A stretch of 64,000 bases of DNA from Nevskiaceae bacterium (GCA_035650495.1 DASRHK010000026.1:9856-73855), one strand, 5' to 3'; counted from the first letter of the stretch, positions 35,193 to 43,082 are shown. Translations and numbers: made by a program. Notes: generated from the letters alone by a model not told the origin.

Positions 35193-37703
35193 ATGGGCAA
35201 GCGCTCGCCTGCACCGACGCAGACGCATCCCGAAAGTCGTCGCTGGTTGTTCGCCAACGCGGTCCTCGACGAAAGCTCGCTCGAGCTGCGCATCGGCGGC
35301 GACCGCGTCGACCTCGAGCACAAGCCGTTCGAGGTCCTGCGCTTCCTCCTGCAGCACGCGGGAGAAGTCGTCACCAAGGACGAGCTGCTCGCCGCCGTCT
35401 GGCCAGGCCGCGTCCTCTCCGACACCGTGCTCGCCAAAAGCATCGGGCGGCTGCGCAAGGCGCTCGGCGACAAGGACGAGACGGTCATCAAGACCGTGCA
35501 TCGATACGGCTACCGCCTGGTTGCCCCCGTCCACGTCGAGGTCGAGCACGCGCCGGAGCCGACGCGCTTCGATTTCGGCGTCGGCGATCGCCCGGTGCAT
35601 CGGCCGCTGTGGAGCCTGGTGCGGCGTCTCGGCAGCGGCGGCCATGGCGAAGCCTGGCTCGGCGTCCATGACAAGACCCGCGAGCAGCGCGTGTTCAAGT
35701 TCGCCGTCGACGAGCCCTCGCTCGCCGCGCTGAAGCGCGAAGTCACCCTGTTCCGATTCCTCAACGACAGCCTCGGCGCCAAGGCGCGCATCGTCGCGAT
35801 CCTCGACTGGAACTTCGAGCAGCCGCCCTGCTTCATCGAGAGCGCGTACATCGCCGGCGGCAGCCTGCTCGACTGGGCGGAGCGCAGCGGCGGGCTCGAC
35901 CGCGTTCCGCTCGGCGTGCGCATCGACGTCGCCGCGCAGATCGCGGAAGCGCTCGGCGCCGTGCATTCGGTCGGAGCGCTGCACAAGGACCTCAAGCCGT
36001 CCAACGTTCTCGTCGATCCGGGTGCCAACGCAACGCCACTGATCCGGCTCGCCGACTTCGGCAGCGGCGGCATGCTCGATCCGCGCAAGCTCGAGGCGCT
36101 CGGCATCACCCGCCTCGGCTTCACCAAGACGCTGACCGCGCTGAATGCGACGTCCGGCGGCACGCCGCTCTATCTCGCGCCGGAATTGCTGGCGGGCCAG
36201 CCGCCGACGGTGAAGGCGGACATCTACGCGCTCGGCGTCGTGCTCTATCAGCTGGTGGCCGGCAATTTCCGCCGGCCGATGGCGCATGGCTGGGAGCGCG
36301 ACATCGCCGACGAGCTCCTCGCCGAGTGCATCAACGACGCCGCGCAGGGCGATCCCGAACGCCGCCTGGGCGATGCGGCGATGCTCGCGCTGCGATTGCG
36401 CTCGCTGGAAGAGGAGCGCGAGCGTCGACGGCGTGAGCGCTCGACGCGTGAGAGAGCGCAAGCGGTCGAGCGCGCGGAGGCGGCCGCCGCCACCAGCCGC
36501 GCGGTCGCCGATTTCCTCAGCAAGGACCTGTTCTCCGTGGTCGGCGCAAAGCCGCTGCGCGATCTGACTGCGCGCGAGCTTCTCGACGCCGCTTCCGCAA
36601 AGCTCGCAGATCGTTTCGACGACATGCCGCTCGCCGCCGCGCAGATCCATTCCGCGCTCGGCAACGCGTTCTTCAACATGCAGGCGCTCGACGCCGCCGA
36701 GAAGCATTTCGAGGAAGCGGTGGGGATCTATGAGCGGCTCGAAGGTCCGGCCTCGATCGACGTCGTCGCCAACGCCGCGCGGCTGGTCTCGGTGAAGACC
36801 GTCCTCGGCAAGTTCGACGTGCTGCCCCGCTTTCGCCTGGTGCTCAGGCAAGCGCAGGCGCAGCTCGGCAGCACGGGCGAGGTGCTCGATCTCGTGCATG
36901 CGCTTGCGACCGCGGCGCTGGTCCGAGGCTACTGGCGTGAAGCGGCCGATCACTTCGGCGAGCTCGTCGACGCCTCGCTGTCGAACGGCGACGCGACGAA
37001 AGTCGGCAATGCGCAGACCTATCTGGCGTTCTGCCTCATGCGGCTCGGCGAGCTCGAGCAAGCGCTGGCGCTCGTGAGCGATGCCAAGACCGCGCTCACC
37101 GGCGCGCTGGGTCCGTCGCAGATGCCGGTCGCGCTGGCTCAGGAGCTTCGCGGCCGCGTTCTCGTCGAGATGTCGCGCTTCGAGGAAGCCGAAAGCGATC
37201 TCACGGCTTCGCTCGAGATCATCCGCGCATGGTCGCCGGAAGACCGTTCGCCGCTGGTGCTTTCCGGCGAGCTCGCGATCGGGGTCCTGCGGCTGCGGCA
37301 ACGTCGCTTCGCCGAGGCCGTCGCGATCCTCGAGCGCGTCGTCGACGGCATCGCAACCTGGGGCTGGTCCGCGCAGCGCGACGAGAGCGCCGAAGCGCGG
37401 ATGGTGCTCGCGGAAGCCCTCGAAGGCGCCGGCCGCCTGCGCGACGCCGAAAGCCAGATGCGGGCGGCGCTGGAAGTTGCGCAGCAGGCGCATGGAGCGC
37501 AGCACCCGCTGCTGCAGCAGATCCGCTTGAGCCTCGCGCGGATCCATCGCGAAGCGGGCGATGACGGTCCGGCGCGCGAGCTCCTCGCGTCGATCGACAA
37601 GGACGTGCTGCGCCAGCTGCGGCCGGGGCATCCGTTGCTGGTCGAGCTGCGTCGCCTCGAGCGCGCATCGCAAGTCGCAAGAGGCGCGGGACCCGCGAGC
37701 TGA
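35193..37703 (+). CDS. winged-helix DNA-binding / Ser-Thr protein kinase / TPR fusion protein
   Basis: N-terminal trans_reg_C (LEHKPFEVLRFLL...LLAAVWPG...HRYGYRL). Kinase motifs LGSGGHGEAW, VFKFA, HKDLKPSNVLV, LADFGSG, GTPLYLAPE. About 400 aa of TPR-like helical repeats follow. Confidence 0.9.
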   Translation: MGKRSPAPTQTHPESRRWLFANAVLDESSLELRIGGDRVDLEHKPFEVLRFLLQHAGEVVTKDELLAAVWPGRVLSDTVLAKSIGRLRKALGDKDETVIKTVHRYGYRLVAPVHVEVEHAPEPTRFDFGVGDRPVHRPLWSLVRRLGSGGHGEAWLGVHDKTREQRVFKFAVDEPSLAALKREVTLFRFLNDSLGAKARIVAILDWNFEQPPCFIESAYIAGGSLLDWAERSGGLDRVPLGVRIDVAAQIAEALGAVHSVGALHKDLKPSNVLVDPGANATPLIRLADFGSGGMLDPRKLEALGITRLGFTKTLTALNATSGGTPLYLAPELLAGQPPTVKADIYALGVVLYQLVAGNFRRPMAHGWERDIADELLAECINDAAQGDPERRLGDAAMLALRLRSLEEERERRRRERSTRERAQAVERAEAAAATSRAVADFLSKDLFSVVGAKPLRDLTARELLDAASAKLADRFDDMPLAAAQIHSALGNAFFNMQALDAAEKHFEEAVGIYERLEGPASIDVVANAARLVSVKTVLGKFDVLPRFRLVLRQAQAQLGSTGEVLDLVHALATAALVRGYWREAADHFGELVDASLSNGDATKVGNAQTYLAFCLMRLGELEQALALVSDAKTALTGALGPSQMPVALAQELRGRVLVEMSRFEEAESDLTASLEIIRAWSPEDRSPLVLSGELAIGVLRLRQRRFAEAVAILERVVDGIATWGWSAQRDESAEARMVLAEALEGAGRLRDAESQMRAALEVAQQAHGAQHPLLQQIRLSLARIHREAGDDGPARELLASIDKDVLRQLRPGHPLLVELRRLERASQVARGAGPAS

Positions 37704-37719
37704 GCTTCAGCCCGAAGCG

Positions 37720-37733
37720 CCTCCAATTGGAGG
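37720..37733. promoter_or_regulatory. perfect 14-bp palindrome CCTCCAATTGGAGG (copy 1), 40 nt upstream of the radical SAM gene
   Basis: Read directly from the sequence. An identical copy lies at 42576-42589, and an 11/14 match at 40872-40885. Confidence 0.5.
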
Positions 37734-37772
37734 GCGATTCGCGGGCTCCGGAAGCGCACCCTGTGCGCAGCC

Positions 37773-38744
37773 ATGAAACTCGCGCTGCTCATCACCGCTC
37801 ACTGCAACGCCGGCTGCACGCACTGCAGCACCAGCTGCGGTCCGCATCGAAGCGAGCATCTGTCGCGCGAGCAGATCTTCCGCCTGATCGACGAAGCGGC
37901 GGAGCTCAACGGCAGCGAGAAGCTGCGCGTGCTGCTAAGCGGCGGCGAGCCGTTCCTCGCCTTCGACTTGCTGCTCGACGTCGTCCGCCATGCGCGGGAC
38001 AAGCGCGCGATCGTCACCTGCGTGACCAACGCGTATTGGGCGACGTCGATCGAGAAGGCGCGCGATCTGCTGCGTCAGCTCAAGGCAGCGGGCTTGCGCA
38101 GCTTCGCGATCAGCACCAGCCGCTTCCATCAGCAGTTCATCAAGAGACAGCGCGTCGAGCGCGCTTTGCAAGCGAGCCGCGACGTGGGATTGCGCTGCAC
38201 CCTGAAGTACGTTCGCGTGCGCGACGATTCGCTGGACGAGCGCGGCGTCCGGTCATGGGCGACCAGCGCCGGCGCGCACGACGTGCAGGATTTCCCGCTC
38301 CTGCCCCATCTGCGCGCGGGCGCGAGCGCGCCGGAATCGAGCTACATCCGTGACGCCGGCGTGCCGACGGGAACCTGTCCCGGCGCGATCCTGACGGTGC
38401 GCGAGGACGGACGCGCATTCACGTGCTGCACGCCCGGCGCCTTCACCACGCTCCTGCAAGTGGGGCACGCAACGCGCGACTCGCTGCGCGACGTCAATGC
38501 GCGCTTCCACGTCGGCGGCGTGCAGCAGATCCTGCGCCGCAAGGGGCCCGGCGAGTTCCTCGAAGCCATCCGCGCACGAGCGCAGGCGCATCGGCTGCGC
38601 TCGAGCTACGCCAGCGTCTGCGATCTGTGCACGCACATCGCAGCCGATCCGGTCCTTGGCGCCATCGCGACCGAAGTTGCCGACGCTTTCGAAGTGCGAC
38701 AAGTGAGCGCGCTTGTCGAATCCGCCATCACCGTCACCTGCTAG
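37773..38744 (+). CDS. radical SAM enzyme with C-terminal Cys-rich (SPASM/twitch-like) region; candidate peptide maturase
   Basis: CNAGCTHC (Cx3Cx2C) at residues 11-18. SGGEPFL SAM-binding motif. C-terminal TCPGAILTVREDGRAFTCC and VCDLC. Confidence 0.85.
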   Translation: MKLALLITAHCNAGCTHCSTSCGPHRSEHLSREQIFRLIDEAAELNGSEKLRVLLSGGEPFLAFDLLLDVVRHARDKRAIVTCVTNAYWATSIEKARDLLRQLKAAGLRSFAISTSRFHQQFIKRQRVERALQASRDVGLRCTLKYVRVRDDSLDERGVRSWATSAGAHDVQDFPLLPHLRAGASAPESSYIRDAGVPTGTCPGAILTVREDGRAFTCCTPGAFTTLLQVGHATRDSLRDVNARFHVGGVQQILRRKGPGEFLEAIRARAQAHRLRSSYASVCDLCTHIAADPVLGAIATEVADAFEVRQVSALVESAITVTC

Positions 38745-38757
38745 AGGAGAAACATCC

Positions 38758-39060
38758 ATGTCGCTTACGATCGCAGAACACACCGAGCTGCTCGGCCGCA
38801 TCGCGTCCGACCGCCAGTTCCGCAGCCTCCTGCTCACGAGCCCCCGCAAGGCCGCCTGCGAGCTCGGCATCACGCTCTCCGAAAGCGAGGAAGGCCAGAT
38901 CCTTTCCGGGCTGCGCGCCATCCACCGCGACGGCACCGACCGACTGCCGAGCGATGCGCAGACGGCGCCCTTCCTGTTCTCCGTCTTGCTCACGCACGAC
39001 GATGCGGGAGACGAGGATGAGGATCCGCCGAAGGGATCAGAGCGCCGTCGGCCCCACTAG
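38758..39060 (+). CDS. 100-aa peptide with NHLP/Nif11-like leader; candidate RiPP precursor
   Basis: AGGAGA RBS 7 nt upstream, and the start is 13 nt after the radical SAM stop. ELLGRIASDRQFRSLLLTSPRKAACELGITLSE fits the NHLP leader pattern (D-x-x-F-K/R-x-x-L-L-x-x-P-K/R-x-A-x-x-E-x-G-I/V-x-L/I-x-E). High GC3. Confidence 0.6.
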   Translation: MSLTIAEHTELLGRIASDRQFRSLLLTSPRKAACELGITLSESEEGQILSGLRAIHRDGTDRLPSDAQTAPFLFSVLLTHDDAGDEDEDPPKGSERRRPH

Positions 39061-40836
39061 ATTCCAGGCGCGCAGCGATCCGAAGAACGCGAGCAGCAGC
39101 GCGCTGAAGAGCGCGAGGTCCTGACGCTCGGCCTGGGTCCACTGCTCGTGGACCCAGGCGTGCAGGGTCAGCTGCAGAATGATGCGCGTCAGCTGCGAAG
39201 CAAGGACGATGAGGGCGAGTCCGTTCCGGAAGGATTCCGGATACGCATAGACGAGCGCGATCCCGCCCGTCGCGAAGCTCTCTCGCAGGAGCGACCATCC
39301 CGTGAGATTCAGCGCGGCCACCATCGCCGCGATCTCCATCACAGGGCGCGCGCAGGGACTCGCGCGACTCGCTGCTCGGCTCGTGGCGTGCCACGCCAGC
39401 ACGAGGTGAAAGCCGGTCGCGGCGTGCGCCAGCAATTCGCGATGGAACGTCGGCGCCTGCGACGCCTCGACCTTGTACGCCGGAGCGAACGCTGCCGGCC
39501 CGAGCATGTGGCTGACCTTGCCGTCCGCATCCTCCACGAAAGCAACCATCTCGTGGCTGCCGTCCTGGCGGAACACGCCGCGGTCGATCTCCGACCATTC
39601 CCGGCGGCCGGCGAGATTGGAGATCTGCAGCGTCCCGCGAGGCGTCGCGGACACTTTCATCTCGTAATCCGGCATCGCCAGCAGCAGGCATTTCTCCTGG
39701 CGGCGATGCGAATGCGGCGTCGCGAGATAGGTGCCGACGTAGCGGTTCGCGGACGTCGATCGCAGCGCCACGCTGATCGAGCGCCGCTGCGGCAACAGCG
39801 CGTCCATCAAGGTCGCGACGAACGCCTGCAGCCGCCGCGCGGGAATCCGCGTGTTCACGACGACGAAGATGCCCACCTGTTCTTCGGGCACCAGCACGAG
39901 CTGCGAGACAAAGCAGATCGTCGCGCCCTGATGCCCCACCGCGCGGCGTCCCCGCAGATTGATTTCATAGAAGCCGAGCCCGGCGCCGTTGACCATCGGA
40001 TGCGGATCCAGCACGCGGCTGTGCATGAGCCGCATCGTGCTCGCCTGCAGTGTCGAGACCCCGGTGCCGAGATGAGCGCGCATGAAGCGGAGCATGTCGT
40101 CGGCCGTCGTGCTCATGCTTCCGGCAGGCCCGATCGAATGAAAGTACTCGAAGCCGTGCTCGATCAAGGCGCCATCGCTGCCGCGGTGATAGCCCGCGGC
40201 GAGCTGGCGCGCCATCTCGCGAGGCAGCGGCTCGCGAAAGGAGCTTCGGTCCATGCCGAGCGGCTCGAACAGATGGCGCTCGACGCAATCGTCGAAGGGC
40301 ATGCGGGCGCGGCGCGCCACGATGTGACCTGCGAGCGCGATCCCCCAGTTCGAGTACGACGCTCCGCGACCGTCGCAGAAATCGACGGTGGGCGCCCGGA
40401 CTTGGGCGGGCTTGTTGATCGCGAGATTGTCGGCGAGCGGCAAGAGATCGGCGGCGCTTCGCTTGACCATGTAGCCGAGCTGGTTCTCCTCGAAGCCCGC
40501 CGTGTGCGTCAGGAGATTCCTGAGCGTGACCGGACGCCCGTAGCCCGGCGGGATCTGCAGGCGCGGCTCCAGGTACTGATTGATGTCCGCGTCGAGATCC
40601 AGCTCGCCGCGCTCGACCAGCTGCATCGCCGCGGTCGCGGTGACGAGCTTCGACGTCGAGCCGATGCGGAACAACGTGCTCCGGCTCGCCTTCGCGCGCG
40701 TGCGCACGTCTGCGAAGCCGGCGCCTGTGGAAAGCGAGCGCGAGCCGGGACCGGCGATCGCGAGGGCGAGACCAGCCACCTCCAGCGCAGGGATCGATTC
40801 CTCGATGAGCTGCTCCAGGCGTGCCGTCCCTAGCAT
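39037..40836 (-). CDS. beta-lactamase-fold serine hydrolase (class C / PBP4*-like) with C-terminal transmembrane helices
   Basis: SxxK motif IGSTSK, YSNWG (Y-x-N) and HQGA motifs. The C-terminal 120 aa contain 3-4 hydrophobic helices. The 3' end overlaps the peptide gene by 24 nt. Confidence 0.85.
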   Translation of the reverse strand: MLGTARLEQLIEESIPALEVAGLALAIAGPGSRSLSTGAGFADVRTRAKASRSTLFRIGSTSKLVTATAAMQLVERGELDLDADINQYLEPRLQIPPGYGRPVTLRNLLTHTAGFEENQLGYMVKRSAADLLPLADNLAINKPAQVRAPTVDFCDGRGASYSNWGIALAGHIVARRARMPFDDCVERHLFEPLGMDRSSFREPLPREMARQLAAGYHRGSDGALIEHGFEYFHSIGPAGSMSTTADDMLRFMRAHLGTGVSTLQASTMRLMHSRVLDPHPMVNGAGLGFYEINLRGRRAVGHQGATICFVSQLVLVPEEQVGIFVVVNTRIPARRLQAFVATLMDALLPQRRSISVALRSTSANRYVGTYLATPHSHRRQEKCLLLAMPDYEMKVSATPRGTLQISNLAGRREWSEIDRGVFRQDGSHEMVAFVEDADGKVSHMLGPAAFAPAYKVEASQAPTFHRELLAHAATGFHLVLAWHATSRAASRASPCARPVMEIAAMVAALNLTGWSLLRESFATGGIALVYAYPESFRNGLALIVLASQLTRIILQLTLHAWVHEQWTQAERQDLALFSALLLAFFGSLRAWNLVGPTAL

Positions 40837-40871
40837 CGGATGAATCTACGGGCTTCGTCCTCGCGCGGAAG

Positions 40872-40885
40872 CCCCCAATTGAAGC
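40872..40885. promoter_or_regulatory. degenerate copy (11/14) of the CCTCCAATTGGAGG palindrome
   Basis: cccccaattgaagc lies in the divergent region between the serine hydrolase (start 40836, - strand) and the LuxR gene (start 40992, + strand). Confidence 0.25.
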
Positions 40886-40991
40886 AACGGCGTCGCGATC
40901 AAGATTCTTTCAACGCTTCTTCAACCTTCGGTCAGGACTCTCGCGTTCCTGGGCAATACCGTGACTGCGGAGAGTGTGGTTGGAGGTTCCG

Positions 40992-41579
40992 ATGACTTTC
41001 ATTCAAGACCGCCCTTCCGGCCGCGAATCCGAAGTCCTTCTTGAAACGCTGGACCGCATGTGGGAGGCCGTTGCGATGCTGGGCCATTCCCGGCAGATCG
41101 TCTTCGCCAACCGTGCGGCCGCTCAGATCCTGCAACGCGGAGCCGGCATCGGCTTGTCGCCCGACGGACGCCTGATCACGACGCCCGAAGCGTCGGAGGC
41201 GGTCGAGCGTGTGCTCTGCGACAAAGCGCCGCCGGCGCCGGTCGCCGTTCCGCGCACGGACGAGCCGCCGCTCGTGCTCAACCTGCATCCGCTGCCCGAT
41301 GCATTGAAGGGCGGCTTCGGCGCGGTCGCGCTGATGTTCATCAGCGATCCCGCGCGGAAACCGGCGGATCAGAGCGCTGCGCTGCGATCGGCGTTCGGGC
41401 TGACCAACGCCGAGGCGCGCGTCGCGCAGTCGCTCAGCGAGGGCGCGTCGCTCAAGCAGATCGCCTGGGCGAACCACATCACCTACGAGACCGTCCGCTC
41501 CCATCTGCGGCGGACCCTCGGGAAGGTCGGCGTGCGCAGGCAGGCCGAGCTCGTCCGGATCGCCCATGCGCTGCGCTGA
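40992..41579 (+). CDS. LuxR-family transcriptional regulator (PAS-like N-terminus + HTH_LuxR)
   Basis: GGAGG RBS. C-terminal LTNAEARVAQSLSEGASLKQIAWANHITYETVRSHLRRTLGKVGV. Confidence 0.85.
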   Translation: MTFIQDRPSGRESEVLLETLDRMWEAVAMLGHSRQIVFANRAAAQILQRGAGIGLSPDGRLITTPEASEAVERVLCDKAPPAPVAVPRTDEPPLVLNLHPLPDALKGGFGAVALMFISDPARKPADQSAALRSAFGLTNAEARVAQSLSEGASLKQIAWANHITYETVRSHLRRTLGKVGVRRQAELVRIAHALR

Positions 41580-41618
41580 AGCCTGAAGCGCCGACGCTCC
41601 GACGCCGGCTCCGCTCGA

Positions 41619-42029
41619 ATGTCCCCGAAACGAACCGCGGGCCCGCAACGCCAGGGCGCGAGCGCGCTGATCGTCGACGACGACGCGATCCATCGAAGAA
41701 CGGCATCCATGCTCATGCGCTCGCTCGGCTTCGATCTCGAAACGGCAGCCAACGGCCAGGAAGCGTTGCAGGCGCTCGAGCACCGGCGCTTCGACGTCGT
41801 GCTGATGGATCTGCACATGCCGGTGATGGATGGGATCACGGCAACGCGGGAGATCCACCAGCGCTGGCCAGCGCCGCAGCGCCCGATGATCGTCGCCGTC
41901 ACCGCCACCGACATCCCAGGCGAGCGCGCCCGCTATCTCGAAGCGGGCGCGGCGGCGTGCCTGTCGAAGCCGATCGATCGGCACCAGCTCGCCGACGTGC
42001 TCGCGCCGCTGCTCAGGGCTCAGGCGTAG
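41619..42029 (+). CDS. single-domain response regulator (receiver)
   Basis: ALIVDDD, DVVLMDLHMPVMDG, MIVAVTA, LSKP. Confidence 0.85.
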   Translation: MSPKRTAGPQRQGASALIVDDDAIHRRTASMLMRSLGFDLETAANGQEALQALEHRRFDVVLMDLHMPVMDGITATREIHQRWPAPQRPMIVAVTATDIPGERARYLEAGAAACLSKPIDRHQLADVLAPLLRAQA

Positions 42030-42110
42030 GAGCAGCAGTCGCCAGCCGTCGTTCTCGAGCGTCATTGCCTCGATCAGTCATAATCCGGCTGCATCCCAAA
42101 GGCACGACGA

Positions 42111-42602
42111 ATGGCCACGATCGCGGAAGTCCTGAAACAGCAGATCGCCGACCTGACCGACAAGGCGATCAAGAAACACGTCGCGGATCTGCGCGCGATG
42201 GCAGCTCAACAGGATCGCACCATCGCCCGACTCAAGAGCCAGGTCTCGGCGCTCGAGCAACAGCTGGCCGGTGCGCGACGCTCGGGAAGCGCGAGACGCA
42301 AAGCGGCGCCGACGTCGGCCGACGGCCGCAGCAGCATGCGCTTCCAGGCGAAAGGCCTGGTCTCGCTCCGGGCACGGCTGGGCTTGAGCAGAGCAAAATT
42401 CGGCAAGCTCGTGGGCGTCAGCGGCATCTCCGTCTACAACTGGGAGCGCAGGCGGGCGAAGCCCCGACCCGCATTGCTCTTGCAGATTGCGGAGCTGCGG
42501 CATCTCGGCAAGAAGGAAGCACAGGCGCGTCTGCGTGCGGCCGGCGTCCGCCGCTCGAACACGATGCGAAAAAACCCTCCAATTGGAGGCCGTCAGAAGT
42601 AG
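42111..42602 (+). CDS. coiled-coil + XRE-type helix-turn-helix protein
   Basis: N-terminal heptad-like region, then LRARLGLSRAKFGKLVGVSGISVYNWERRRAKP (XRE/Cro-like HTH). The 3' end contains palindrome copy 2. Confidence 0.65.
   Translation: MATIAEVLKQQIADLTDKAIKKHVADLRAMAAQQDRTIARLKSQVSALEQQLAGARRSGSARRKAAPTSADGRSSMRFQAKGLVSLRARLGLSRAKFGKLVGVSGISVYNWERRRAKPRPALLLQIAELRHLGKKEAQARLRAAGVRRSNTMRKNPPIGGRQK
42576..42589. promoter_or_regulatory. perfect 14-bp palindrome CCTCCAATTGGAGG (copy 2)
   Basis: Identical to 37720-37733. It lies in the last codons of the HTH gene, 100 nt upstream of the Cys-rich ORF. Confidence 0.5.
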
Positions 42603-42688
42603 CGCGGGTGATCTATACATCACCTGCCGATTGCGCAGGTGACGTCAGCCGCCCAATCGACGGTCCCAAAGTCGAGCCGGGGGGTTCC

Positions 42689-42955
42689 ATGCAGATCAAG
42701 CAGCCATCGTTGTGCGCGCGTTGTGTCGCCTTGTTCACCTCGCAGGTCGAGTGCGACGTCAGCTCTTGCCGCGTCGAGACCTGGTGGTGCCCTCACTCCG
42801 CCGCGCTGGCCATCTGCGTCGTCAACGGCGCGCAGATGTCGCAGATCACGATCCAAGGCCCGCTCACGGACAGCGAAGCGCACGAGCGCATCCGCGAGTT
42901 CGCGGAAGGCTGCCCGATCGCGAACGAGAGTTCGGGCTCGAGCCTGCGGCAGTAA
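42689..42955 (+). CDS. small Cys-rich hypothetical protein (88 aa)
   Basis: High GC3 begins only at ATG 42689; the upstream part of the same open frame has low GC3. Seven Cys residues (CARC...C...C...C). A strong terminator starts at the stop codon. Confidence 0.4.
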   Translation: MQIKQPSLCARCVALFTSQVECDVSSCRVETWWCPHSAALAICVVNGAQMSQITIQGPLTDSEAHERIREFAEGCPIANESSGSSLRQ

Positions 42956-42988
42956 AAAAAAGGGCTGACTCGTGTCAGCCCTGCTTTT
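42954..42988. terminator. bidirectional Rho-independent terminator
   Basis: A8 run, 8-bp stem gggctgac/gtcagccc (42962-69 / 42974-81), 4-nt loop, then T4. It sits between the + strand ORF and the - strand tRNA. Confidence 0.8.
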
Positions 42989-42989
42989 C

Positions 42990-43082
42990 TGGCGGAGGGA
43001 GAGGGATTCGAACCCTCGATACAGCTTTTGACTGTATACACGCTTTCCAGGCGTGCTCCTTAAACCACTCGGACATCCCTCC
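42990..43082 (-). tRNA. tRNA-Ser (anticodon GGA)
   Basis: Reverse complement: GGAGGGATGTCCGAGTGGTTTAAGGAGCACGCCTGGAAAGCGTGTATACAGTCAAAAGCTGTATCGAGGGTTCGAATCCCTCTCCCTCCGCCA. 7-bp acceptor stem, GGTTCGAATCC T-arm, long variable arm, anticodon loop CT-GGA-AA, and encoded CCA. Confidence 0.93.

Noticed and set aside
34494-37673. 1059-aa ORF on the - strand
   Set aside because: Antisense to the receiver gene and the wHTH-kinase-TPR gene, both of which have unambiguous motifs on the + strand.
38758-39060. Classical leader cleavage or modification motifs in the candidate precursor (Gly-Gly, Cys-rich core, YG splice sites)
   Set aside because: None is present. The only Cys is at residue 34, inside the leader-like region. 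For this reason the peptide is reported as a candidate only.
41060-42688. Upstream 540 codons of the 631-aa + strand frame running through the LuxR, receiver and HTH genes
   Set aside because: It overlaps three recognisable genes in other frames and is R/A/P-rich. Coding-like GC3 in this frame starts only at 42689.
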